64,000 nucleotides of DNA. Source: Epiperipatus broadwayi. Lineage: Eukaryota > Animalia > Onychophora. Location: assembly GCA_028023455.1 (NCBI GenBank), contig JAQFVV010000001.1, forward strand, positions 11,470,001 through 11,534,000, written 5' to 3'. Shown one piece after another: positions 52,228-64,000 of this stretch. The notes beneath the pieces are model-generated. The model searched no databases. It had not been told where the DNA came from and worked only from the letters and a program-made list of their open reading frames with translations. The first letter of the stretch is position 1; every line of letters starts with the position of its first letter. Made by a program: the position numbers and the translations under genes.

Positions 52228-53085
52228 GCTTTTTCTGCTGTTTTTCTTTGTCTCACACGTCAACGTAAAATATATGATAAAATAATTATTACTTATGAGA
52301 AAATAAGAAATTTGACTTCATTTGATAGATATTTTTGTTTACTACTGAAATAAAGTTTAGATGTTCACATTTTGTTTTGTAAATATTAAAAAACTGAGAT
52401 TGTAATCAAAACAAAGATCTTACACGTCATCATTTCAGGAAAAATTATTTTCAGTTTTCAAAATCAATGAAATATTTCTTATTTTTTATTATTTTTAAAC
52501 ATCCAAACGAATAATTATTTATTTCTCATATATCTAACAAATTATACTTTAAAAGTTTATATTTTTTGAATATTTATTGCAAAATACACATAAGTGTAAG
52601 TAGATTGCTTATATAAAAGCTAATCTTGTAAATAGTTTCAGGCCAAATTCACATGAGCTGCTAATATATATTATATTCTTGAAAATAAAGTATTTCAATT
52701 CAAAATAAGTTATTAAGAAATTATATTTCTTGATATCTAATAAATATAGTGTAAATTATTTTTTAAAAAAAATATCTCAAACCGTAATAAATTCGAAAAT
52801 AAACAAGCTTTTGGTCAAGGAACTATTGTCTTTAAACAATGTCATAAAATGCCAAATACTTTACAGCCTTGCCAACAGACAATGGCTGAACATGTCAGGG
52901 CAAAACTCATGCCTATTGTAAGAGTGAAAATTTTGAATCTCCTGCCTTCTACCATAAACTTTTTAGCATAATATAATAAAATATACCATTTTACATGCAT
53001 TTTAACATATAATACTTACGAAAAAATTCACCAGAGTGAAAATTGGCCAAAAGGCAAAATTCTGTCATCCCGAAGTATAATTGGG
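52228..53085 (-). mobile_element. piggyBac-like non-autonomous element, copy 2 (inverted relative to copy 1)
   Basis: Reverse complement aligns with 42961-43841 along its length; GGG(T)TTAA at the right end; the left terminus and TTAA are not recognisable. Confidence 0.78.
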
Positions 53086-54249
53086 TTTAAGGTAGACTTT
53101 GAGATGTTTATGTATAGGAATTCTGAGGATCAGAGAAATTTTTTTTGTTTTGTATGAAATGGTAAAGTATGAAAATATTTTTATTCCTCTCGCTTTCTGC
53201 TCTCTCTATTAACTTTACTTGGAAATATATTCCACATAACAAGTCAATTATAAATTTATTTAATGCACATTGATTAAATAAGTAATATTTACTAAGGAAA
53301 TAAACGAGTGCGCTTGAAAATGCAGTAGGGACTTCTACAGGTCTTAACCACAAGCTTTCCCTCTTTTCTTCCAAAGCTTAAGCTCATGGTTAAGACCGCA
53401 GAGATCCCTATCTTCACATTTTCAAGTGCACACTCTTGACATTTATTGCCTTAGTAAATATAACAAGTCAAGTAAAAACATTTGGTTGAAAGTAAAATAA
53501 GATTAGATATTGTTTCTTGTCTTTCTTCCTTTGTGGGGAACAGATTGATTAAACAAGAAGAAAAGGGGCTAGAAGGTGAAAATTTTTATTATTATTATAC
53601 GGCATTCACATATATAAATAAAATAATGGAGAGTCTTGTAGCAGAAGGGAAATAGATTTAAGTTCAGGCATAAATAGATGAATAGTCAGGCATAGGTAAA
53701 ATATTACCGTTAAAGGACAACAAAAAGCTGGAATGCAAGGAAAGACAACTGTTATGAGGATATGGAAGGGGGAATAATTAATAAAAAAGAGAACCAGAAA
53801 GTCTTAGTTCATTGATAGATTAATACTGAAAAAAAAAAAACGAAAAAAAGAGTATTGACAAACATTGAAGAAAGCAGAATTTTTTTCTTCTTAAACATGG
53901 ATGGCATGGAAGAAGGGACAAGTAAAGGGATTGAGTCAGATACCAGCATCATATTTTCAAATAGTATATTGGAGGTACAAAACCCAATAAAAAACATACT
54001 GATGGATACACCAGCATCACAGTGGACAAGAAGGATATGGAAATCAATAGAAGCCATGGAAAGAAGACTAAAAATAAAGTAGAAATAAATAGAAGGATGG
54101 AGGATCTGAAAAGAAAGGGAGCAGAGTTGAAACAGAAGTCACCGGATAGTGGATCCCAGACCCTCAGCAAAAAAATAAATTTAACATTAATAAAAATAAC
54201 TGGGAAAATGTAAGGAGTGTAGTAAAGAAGGAGAGTTCTTTTGTGGCAT

Positions 54250-54770
54250 GGTTCATCCACATTAAAAGTTGACCCACCTGCAGAACCTCAGGGAATTAAT
54301 TCTTTTCCATGAACTTAGGGAAGATGAGCACATATCAATGGCTGCGAATCATTTACAGGCTTAACCCAAGATAGGAGGGAATGTTTGGCACAGACACCAA
54401 AGATATTTGGAGATTACCGTCTGCACTAATCAAAAGTTTTTGGAGTGAGGAAAGCCAAGATGGAAAATTACTCAGATATTCCATGAAAGACTGTGGCTCA
54501 AAGGGGGAAATGCAGTTTCTTTCTTCGGCAAGTATCTCTTTATACAGTTTTCCCATTATCGAATGGACAAATCAAAAAACCATTAGATACAACATGCCAC
54601 CCCTCATACAGCAATTAATGTTAGGTTACCAAAATAGTGGGATAGAAAAAATTGCCGAGTTGCTGACTGCCCTAGATTTTGGAAATTTCAACAAAGAATC
54701 CTTAGAAAAGATAAAAAAAAGCAAATACCCCGAGGATGCAAACAGCAACTATCCAAGGATATTATGAGAG
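54250..54770 (+). pseudogene. gag: gag remnant of element C
   Basis: ORF 54381-54767 segment (GTDTKDIWR...KSFWSEESQ) resembles A's gag (GDALIWW...KSFWNRDKQ). Boundaries approximate. Confidence 0.5.
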
Positions 54771-54929
54771 GGGGGATCAGAGTAAAAAGCCATACCAGAT
54801 CGTAAGAGTCCCACTAATCTATTCACCTCAACTAGGTCTCCAGGGAAAAAAAGGAAAATTTATATAAAAGAAACACATCGATGAGTCTATGAAAAGGAGA
54901 AACCACTTTACATATCACCACACCAATAT

Positions 54930-57780
54930 TATCCTGTAATTAAAGTGTGGAGAATCTCCAAGTGATGGCTCTATTGGATACAGAAAGCCAAGTGTCACTT
55001 GTATCAAAGGAAAGATATGCTACAACAGAAGCAGTGAGAGCATTGCCTACCATGCCAGTACGGCCATTCAAATCACACTAGCAAATGGTAAAAAGGCCAA
55101 AATAGACTTGTCAACTTTGGCTTAATATTAAGATAGGGTCAGCAACTGTAAGCCATGCATTCCTGATAATGGTAGGTCTTATCTAAGATGCGATGTTAGG
55201 ATCCAATATGCTAGGTCACCACCAACCCAACATAACACGTTTCATAAGGAAATACCTGAATTCTTCGATAGACGAGTCCAGTCCACTACTACAGTCAGGT
55301 GCATCCAAGGGGCACTTAACTCAGGGTCCTTAGGAATCACTGCTTGATGTTGAGGGTGATAGAGAAACTAGAAAGGGTACTAAGGGAATATGAAAGTATT
55401 CTCAAATGTCCCAGGGATCATTAAAGAATATGTGCACCAGATTCATTTCCACACAAGGACAGACTTTCTTCCCTACCAATAGAAAAAGAAAGTGGAGAAG
55501 GTGGAATTATAGAGGCATTTGTCTCCATATAAATAGTCCGATAGTTCTGGTAAAAAAAAAATTGGATCAATAACAGTATGCTTGGATGCGAGGAAGCTTA
55601 ACAGCATTACCATCCCGGAGGGACATATCTCCATTCACTCAAGAAATCTTTACATGGCTGGCTTAAAAAGAAAATTTTTACCACACTAGACCTAATATCA
55701 AGCTATTGGCAAATTGTCTCGGACTCATAGAATAGAAAATAAACAGCTTTCAGTCATAAAAGTCATATATGTTCAAACAGATGCCATTCGACCGATGTTT
55801 AGATCAGGCATTATCAAAGGATATCAAACAACACGTTATGCACATAGATGTTGTGGATATTGCATCTACATGCCCAGAAGAACATTTGGCCCACCTGAAA
55901 AAAAACCCCTCCAAGAATGTATGGACAAAAACATTACCATATATTTTAGCAAAAATTACTTTGAAATCAAGAAAATCACCTTCATCGGCAAATGGACAGG
56001 GGATCTTGTCCCATTCAAAAAAAATAATGGCCACCAAAAATTTCCCAACACCAACCAATCGGAAACAGGTATGATCCTTTATGGGTCTATGCAATTTTTA
56101 TCATAAGTTTTCCAAAAATTTTGCATAAGATGCCTCATCTTTATTAGACTTATTAAAAAAGGACAGATGGTGGAAATAGTCAGCAGAACCGGGCCGGGAT
56201 TTAGAAAAAATTAAGCAAAATTTCTTAGTCTGTTGTGTTACACCATCCTGACTTTACACGTCCCTTTTATCTTCAAACTGATCATAGCAAAAGGGATCTG
56301 GGGTAGTATTATTCCAGATTGGCCAAGAGAACAGAAAATACATTACACCAGTATGGAACAAGAGACTAGCCATATATGGGTTTGCCAAAGGTTCAAGCAA
56401 TTCGTATTAGGATCGGAAGTAATCATCATCATGGACCATTAGCGTCATGAGTTTCTCATCAGAGGATACCTTACAAACAACCGCCTCATTAAATGGAGTT
56501 TATTCTTACAACAGTTCCAATTATAAGGTGATTTACTGCCCGGAGTGGAGAATGTTGTAGCGGACATCTTGAGCCACCACCCAGTAGACACCACAGAACT
56601 TAGTGGCAGAAGAGAGGCAAGTAGCAGCGATAGCCACTAATGTGGATGAATCGGAACAAGATTTTTAAAAAATTGGCTCATTTGCAGAGAACTACCATAA
56701 TGGAAGTCCTTGATAAAAACCAAATACCAGAACTAAAGTGACATTTACCAAATTAAGGACAATCTCTTGATGGGTAAGACACCGTTTTGACCAACCCCTG
56801 GAAAATTCTGATACCACAGGAGCTCATGGGATGGCTGATTGAGCATATTCACAATCTGTGTGGATGTTATGGCTCTAAAAAAATTGAGTGCCATACGACA
56901 TCAATTCCATTAAGAAGGGATGTACTTCAACATCCTAACAAAACTAAGATAATGTCAGGTAAGGGCCCAGAATAAACTGCCTAATCAAATCCCACCAATA
57001 TTACCAAAGGGCCCAAATGAACATTTGGCAGTAGATCATTATGGACCCTTATCTACTTTTAATCTGTTCAAGTTCCTATTTGTAACTTATGACATATTTT
57101 AGGAATACATTTCTGCATATCCAGTATGGCAAGCAGACTCTCGAAGTGCACAAAAGATCCTGCGTCTGAAACAGTTCTTGTGGTAGGAAAGCCACAGACC
57201 ATGGGTCAGCATTTACATCAAAACAATGGAGAGAGATGTGGTGATATGGCATTAGGACACATTTTGACCACAATAAGAAATCCCCAATCTAACCCATGAA
57301 GGAGGGTCATGATAGAATTAAACCGCTTGTTCCGTACTCAGGAAATAATCACAAGGTTGGATAAAACAAACACCTATAATGGTGAGGTATCTGAACCACA
57401 ATAAAAATGAGTCTACCAGTTTGACACCAGCATGGTTTCATTTTGGGAGACAAGACCAAAACATCACTCCTAATGGAGTGAGAAATAGTAAATCAGGATC
57501 AAAGATCATGCCCATGCCAGAATGTGACTGGAGTACGTGGCAAAGAAGACAAAAAAGGAAAACTAAATCCATACATATTTAAAACTAGAGAACAGGTATG
57601 GGTTAGAATGCCACATGTTAGCAAGTCATTAGAGGGCAGTATAAAAAGTTTTTCCCATTTACATGAAGGGTCCTTTATTATAAAAAAAGAAATTTGGGGA
57701 AATGCCTTTTTTTGTTAGAGAATGAGAAAGGAGTCAGTGGAACATTTAATGCAAGTTCTTTGAAGCCATACCATGGCAAA
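54930..57780 (+). pseudogene. pol: Heavily decayed pol of element C
   Basis: ALLDTESQVSLV protease, SYWQI and degenerate RT core, FKQFVLGSEVIIIMDH RNase H, LAVDHYGP integrase, collinear with pol of A and B. Confidence 0.82.
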
Positions 57781-58120
57781 ACAATAAATATATAAAAGGA
57801 TAAAGTGTCAGTCTAAATGGTTTATGATCAACTTCAGAGAAGGAGATCTACCCAGGAAAGAATTATATAAGGAAATAGATAGATCCAGGGACAAGCTAAT
57901 CTGGGTACAACAAAATTCCCCTATAAAAGGGACATAAATCTAAGGAATATCACTTGTATATAAAAGTTTGTTATTTTTTTTGTTATTTTAAGTAATATAG
58001 AATACTGAATATTACACAAAGATCTCTGGTGCTCCTTAAACGATCATTCTATTTGCTCTCAAGCAAAGTAAGTAGAGTCACTGTTTTTTACTTATTTTTT
58101 TTTAACTGGCTGTGGAAATA

Positions 58121-59481
58121 TGAAGCTGTACATATATATATAGTTATATATATGAGGTTTTCACCATTTACTGTGCACTAAACAGACTATAAATCCAATC
58201 ACGGTGAATGTACATTAAAAAAATGGTTATAGATAGAAAGACGTATATTACATTAAATAAATTGTAACTATAAATAAAATTTATTAAAAAAAAAAATAGG
58301 CAATTGTGGTAATTATAAAAAAAGCTTCAAATGAATTATTTTAATTGTATAATAAAAACATTGATTGCATCAACAAATAAAGAAAAGTTGTTAATGCACA
58401 AAATACATTAAACAAGAATTTAATTTGAGAATCCATTAAAATAAGAATTTAACTTAAAAATACAAATTGTTTATATAACAACACAGACAAAAATGTAAGA
58501 TATATTGAGAACTGAAACAATAGAGGCATTAATAGACACTAATTAATGTAAATGATTTAAAAAAGTTTTTATTTTGTTAGAGCAGTTGTTATCTTCTTAT
58601 GTAAAAAGAAACCAGACCTAGTGGAATATTGTTTTATAGCAAATATGATTGAGTAGAGAATTTGTCTCCAATCTCCCATCCATCCTCAGGCCGGAATCTG
58701 AGAAATGTAATCCAGCTGAAAAACCAAAAAAGTATGACTGACTGATGCCTGCCGCTTGCTACTGAAAGACTGATCTGAAAGGAACATGGACACAGATGGC
58801 CGAGATAGGAGTTGCAACAGCCGTGATGAAGTAGTGACTGTGCCTTAGTACCTCCAAGATGGACTCGTAACTCATTGCCAGAAGTCCACTATACCTATAC
58901 ACACATCCAAGTTACCGGTAACTTTGATATTCAGTTATTATACTATAGTATTTAAATATATTCACCAATTTTGCCTCGGGTGTAATTAAGGAGGCTTAGA
59001 TATGTATAATGGTGATCGCTAATTTTGCTTTCTTTATATGTATATAGTTATGTATTAGCAGATCGTTAGCATACATATTGATCTACACGATTTTTTTTTT
59101 TTGGTGGAGTATATAAATGTATGTAAGGGAGAAATTGGAAGGTAGCTGAATGAGTAAACTATTTTATTTCTACTTACCGTTGTAATAAATACAGTAGTAC
59201 TTAAAATCATTATAATAATTATGTGACTTAGAAAGACTCCGTCCACATTCTCCCGCAGTGTTGTTTCATCATTACATTTTTTTTTTCAAAAGAAAACCAG
59301 AATGCGTTATTGTAGATTTAATAGACGTAATGTTTAATTTTATAGCCAGAATAAGAAAGGTGTTTCTATTATAAACATGCATCTATGTTTTCTTTATATA
59401 TTTGATTTATGTTTAAAAAGTAACCCCCTCTACCTATATCTCTAGGTCAGGTTAAATCAGCTATACTTTCTGACCATTACC
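58121..59481 (+). repeat. 3' LTR of element C (~1.36 kb)
   Basis: Uninterrupted counterpart of the 5' LTR, but lacks the 49888-52123 block; ends ACCATTACC followed by ATAT. Confidence 0.82.
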
Positions 59482-60654
59482 ATATATATAAGAAATACAT
59501 AAATCATGCTAATATTTAAGTTTTAAACATTAAATTATAAATAAATTATAAAAAATGTTTTCAATTACTGCCATGTAATCATTATCAACTGCATAAAAAC
59601 AAAATAAATATATTATCATAACACACTATTTCATGATATCACTCATTTTCCCTTCATAAATTTAATTGCATGCCTCACTTCTTTATTTACTAGTTGTAGG
59701 CAATACTTTTCCTTGTTTTTTATTGCTATATAATTTGTGATAGGACTCTTCACATTTCATGATGTCATCTCTTTTTAGTAATAGTTCCATCATTTTTTCT
59801 TATTACAGAAATGTTTCCTAGTTGTTGTTTCACACTCTTGAGACTTTTATTTTCTTCTATAACTTTTCTTGCTAGTTCACAATTATACTTTCTTAAATCA
59901 TTATCACCATTTTACAGAATTCGATATTCAATTTTTCTTAATGCATCATTTTTTATATTTTCATATTCCTTCTTTTCTTCATAAACTGTCATCTCAGTAA
60001 AAATTTTACTGGAAAATTGCTGCTTTTTTTGTACCAGCTATCTTGTTGTAGTTTTTAAAAGTGTATCAGTTATTTTTCTATTGATCTCATTCAAATCTGA
60101 ATCGTGTTCAAATTCTGTTAATATTTGAAAATGATTTACAAGTTCTAATTTAAATATATTGGAATGTTTCTGAAGATTAAAAATATCAACTGTGAATATT
60201 GTTTTTCTTAATAATTTTTGTCTCTAGTTTTGCATTAACTTTTTTCGCTTTTTTGGCGCTGCATGCGCTCTCATGCGCTCATTTGATGACGTGTTATTTT
60301 CTTTCTTTACTGACGCAAAAAGTATAAGCATGACGTCAATAAAAATATGGCCATTTTACAGCTCAATATCTTAGCTTTCAAACAATCTTTACCTCAAAAA
60401 AATCGGCTGAAATTTGGATTTTTGGCAACAGTTTTAATCGACCACAGTAGGTAATTTTTTTGTTTTTTTGATAATTTTTTGTACTTATCACGAAGCGATA
60501 AAAGACAAAAAATGGTTTATGGGCTGCAAGTAAAAATTTCTCTGGTGTTATCTACTAACAAGGCCTACAACAGAGCTTCAACATAATTACTCGTAAGTTT
60601 AATTTTTTTTTTAATTTTTTGAAAAAATTATCTTTTTTATTAATTTTAGTTTGT

Positions 60655-60781
60655 AATTAGTGTGTGTTAATTTGTAGTTATATATTTATTTATTTATGCT
60701 CATATAGAATTCATATCTATCAAAAAATTAGTGTGTGTTTGTAGTTATATATTTATTTATGCTCATATAGAATTCATATCT
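60655..60781. repeat. Imperfect ~60-bp direct duplication
   Basis: attagtgtgtgtt...gctcatatagaattcatatct occurs at ~60655 and ~60726. Confidence 0.85.
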
Positions 60782-61072
60782 CGTAATTTTCTAACGTTCT
60801 ACCTACACTTTTTGAAAATCATTAATTATGTTTATATAATATGGTTTACAAGTAATTAGTTATAAAACTAATAATCAAATGTATACAAACATTACATACA
60901 CAACATATAATCAAATTCTGATTCTTGTTTATGTTTTTGTTTATTCTTGTTCATGCTTTGGTTTTACTATATGTTTCATAACAATATTTTCAAGTCTATA
61001 GCTAATAAATGGACTATATGCAAAAAATTATATCTATGTGATACAATAAATACAACAAGATAGCATTACTTC

Positions 61073-61180
61073 TGTGCATAAAGAATATAAACATCACTTG
61101 TGTGCATAAAGAATATAAACATCATTGGTGTCCATAAAGAATATAAACATCACTGATATACACAAAAAAATATAAAATCA
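61073..61180. repeat. 28-bp minisatellite, 3 full units plus a decayed fourth
   Basis: tgtgcataaagaatataaacatca(c/t)tNN at 61073, 61101 and 61129. Confidence 0.9.
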
Positions 61181-64000
61181 AGAGATGAAACTCATTTTAT
61201 CAGTGATATAGAAAGTAGCCTACAATTTCTAGTTTTAGATAGACAAGAAGCCAATTGCTATGATGATGTATCTTTTATTAGGCTGAATCTTTTTCTTTAT
61301 AGACGCCTTTGACATTTAGAACATTTGGGGTACAAGATAAAAAGGAAGAAGTCATATCCGACTTCTTTTGGAGATTGTGAAGCTGTGGATTATCCCAGGT
61401 AAGACATGTTATACATGTTTAGAAAGATAATTTTGTGAGTAATATAAAGAAATTATCACTGAAGATGTATTTTGAGTTTTAGTTAATGTTAATTTCCAAA
61501 TTATTATCAGACAATAAAATAATAATTATTTCGGATGTGAAAATTTCTTTTTTTCCTTATTTTTTATATAGTTATCACTATTCATTTTATGCTTATTGTT
61601 TTCCTTAATTGTTCTAGTTTCTAGTAATGTAAATGTTTTTGCTCTAACATAATTAAAACTGAAGTTATTGTGAAAATTGTGTCTCAGGCCAGTATTTTAA
61701 AAAATACAATATGGCGGCTTGAAGCTGAAGTAGTTAACATGTATCTTACATCTCACTAATTTGCTGTGTTGAATTCATTAAGAATGTTACAATCTTGAAA
61801 TACATATTCTGTTAATCAAAATATCCAATTTTGCTGTACCTTCATTTGGATGCTTCTATGTCCATTTCCTTTAACATTTTTCTCAAAAAAAGAATTCATA
61901 ATATAAAATTTTTATTTTTCTGCAAACTCCACAAGTCTATGATCTCTCTCATTTCTATCACCAAATGAAATTTTCCTACAGCATTTTCATCTTTCAATTG
62001 TTTACTAAAAAGTCTCCCATGACAATTTTAAAATGTTTATCTGAACAAAAGCCTTTTGTACATTCATATAAAACTTCTCTATTTTGTCATCACAATGAGA
62101 ATTTATTGGGGCATAAATTTGAATTGCTTAAATTTGATATCTGCTATTAAATTGAATAACTAATCTTGCCACGCTGTCTGATACTCCCCCAATCTCCACA
62201 ATGTTGTTCTTCACCTTTTATTTATAATGAATCCTAAATCCATTCGTACTTCTAATGTTTGTGCCTTTGTAGTACAGTACATGTCCACTTTTTAAATCAA
62301 TTGTCTCTTCATCTTTTCTTCTAACTTCATAAAATCCAAATAATATCCCATTTAATATGAACAATTCTTCCAATTCATGTAATTTTCATTCACTTGAAAA
62401 TAATCTACAATTGTATATACATAAATAAAAGGTTATCATTGAATGACAACATGGGTTTGCAATCAGGGGATTCTTAGCAACCTTTCCCTTCAGCTGCCAA
62501 TCACTGCCTCGGCTGGTGACTCTACGGCTTCCTGGCAATAAAAGCCAAGATTTATTTTTGTCTGTCATGATTGTAAACATTTATTAGAAAAAAAATTTTT
62601 TTTTCATTCACACATACATTCTTTCTGCCTTCAAATAAACTCAACTGATTTCAGTTAAGAGCTATCAGATAAATGAGAAGACCATGGTGTTTCTTGATTT
62701 TAAGGAAAAAAACTGCAACGACAAGAACATATGGAGTGGACATTAGGTATTTGCCCTGCTCGATTCCTTTAAAGTCAAGAGAAATCAAAGAGTCTCTTTT
62801 CAGTTAACAGCAAATTCCTTTCTGCAGTTATTATTGTCATAAAATGTTATAGTTTCTGGGGGAAAAAAAATTGTTTACACCTTGAATGATAAGAATTGTT
62901 CTAGAGGAAAATTAAATATAATGAAGTCTCAAGTATTGAGAAATATATTGATGAAAGATATCAACTTCTAATTTATTATTTAAGAAATACTAAAAAAGCT
63001 TGATAATTTAAAGTTCATGATTCTTCTGCGTGTACATATGAACAAGAGCATTTGTGCATCTTGAAATAAACTTGGTCTTTCAAGATATTCAAATAGTTTA
63101 TGGCAAATGCAAAGCTATTTATTAATTATTAGACTAAATTATTATTGATGCTTCAATGGATTAAAACTGCTAAAAAATACTCATGTGCAGATTGTGGCAA
63201 TTTTGTACCTTTTTTTTTTTCACAATCCTGAAAAACAATATATTCAGACTAAAATGTAATCATAAATATACGAAGACCATATAGAGAAAAGCTTTCATAA
63301 AGTATCTTTTTTTGTTTAAACAGTATGTGCTTAGCCGACTTGCGACTATTATAAGTCATATAGAAATAAATTGATAATGCATGTATAATAAGAGAAAAAT
63401 GTTCAACAAACAATGTTACTAGATAATCAACAATTAGATTTATACTTACTAAACTGACCACATGTAGTAAAAATTAAAAAACATGATAACTAGCAATTTA
63501 ATTAGTGCTTATCTAGTAACATCATTTGCTAAACGTTTTTATTTATTTACATCTTATTTATTCATAAAAAAATATTGAAATTCCGACTAGTTTACATAGA
63601 AAGCACAAAACTAATTTAGCCAAGATCTTAATAGCTAATAAACAAACATATTTCATGTTCCATATACAAAGTTATATCTTAGCTAATTTAGTTTCATGCT
63701 GCATGTATAAACTAGTCTGAATTTAAATATACATACCCCTTTGCAGACAACGGCTAAAAGATTACCTTTTACCTATGCTAATTTATTCAAACCTTGTTTG
63801 TTTTACCAATAGTGCTGGTGAATTTTGTCTATTCTTAGGAAGTAATGATTTTTCTATATTTGAATTTTTAGCTAGCATTATGCAATTGATTATTTCTTAT
63901 ATAGATCTATTTGGAACTTTTTCAAAAAATAAAATGATTATTGATTAATCTAGCTTTGTATATACATGGAATATGTTCATTTATTAGCAATCAAGATCTT

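Larger units (their letters stand above)
42114..59481 (+). mobile_element. Old Ty3/Gypsy LTR retrotransposon C with an expanded 5' LTR
   Basis: LTR starts TGAA(A/G)CTGTACA at 42114 and 58121; shared end block (ctacctatatctctaggtcag) near 52130 and 59430; TSD ATAT (42110-42113 and 59482-59485); PBS at 52188; degenerate gag and pol between. Confidence 0.82.
60239..61733 (-). mobile_element. TTAA-flanked insertion, probable internally deleted piggyBac-type element
   Basis: TTAA at 60235-60238 and 61734-61737; RTE copy 1 has a single TTAA at the equivalent site; minus-strand CLSKTRNC (61222-61245) resembles a piggyBac C-terminal cysteine-rich motif; no clear TIRs. Confidence 0.55.
59600..62826 (-). 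mobile_element. RTE-clade retrotransposon, copy 2 (5' half; interrupted at 60239-61733)
   Basis: 59780-60238 matches ~3330-3817 and 61734-62826 matches ~3814-5028; RT and the 3' end are not present. Left boundary approximate. Confidence 0.85.

Overview
AT-rich eukaryotic (probably invertebrate) genomic DNA made up mostly of decayed transposable elements. I see no intact host gene. Main contents: (1) several RTE-clade LINE relics, including two copies of one family that end at the same 5' position (1928-5028 and ~59600-62826, both minus). (2) A Merlin (IS1016/IS1595-like) DNA transposon with 44-bp TIRs and an 8-bp TSD (7540-9372). (3) A miniature LTR element with two ~0.8-kb LTRs, a 5-bp TSD and only ~0.38 kb of internal sequence (14982-16971). 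(4) A cluster of related Ty3/Gypsy elements with long LTRs (1.3-3.2 kb), tRNA-Lys-type PBSs and mostly ATAT 4-bp TSDs. Element A (20083-38419) holds a gag-less element B (31288-37514) in its 3' LTR; B has an abnormal right junction and a ~315-bp target duplication instead of a 4-bp TSD. Element C (42114-59481) has a 5' LTR swollen to ~10 kb by nested inserts: a TTAA piggyBac-like MITE, a solo LTR that itself contains another solo LTR, and a near-identical 5 x 246-bp tandem array. (5) A TTAA-flanked insertion without clear TIRs inside the second RTE copy. (6) A non-repetitive, CpG-retaining stretch (~17.2-19.9 kb) that may be host regulatory DNA. All coordinates, alignments and identities were read by eye; element boundaries supported by a TSD are the most reliable.
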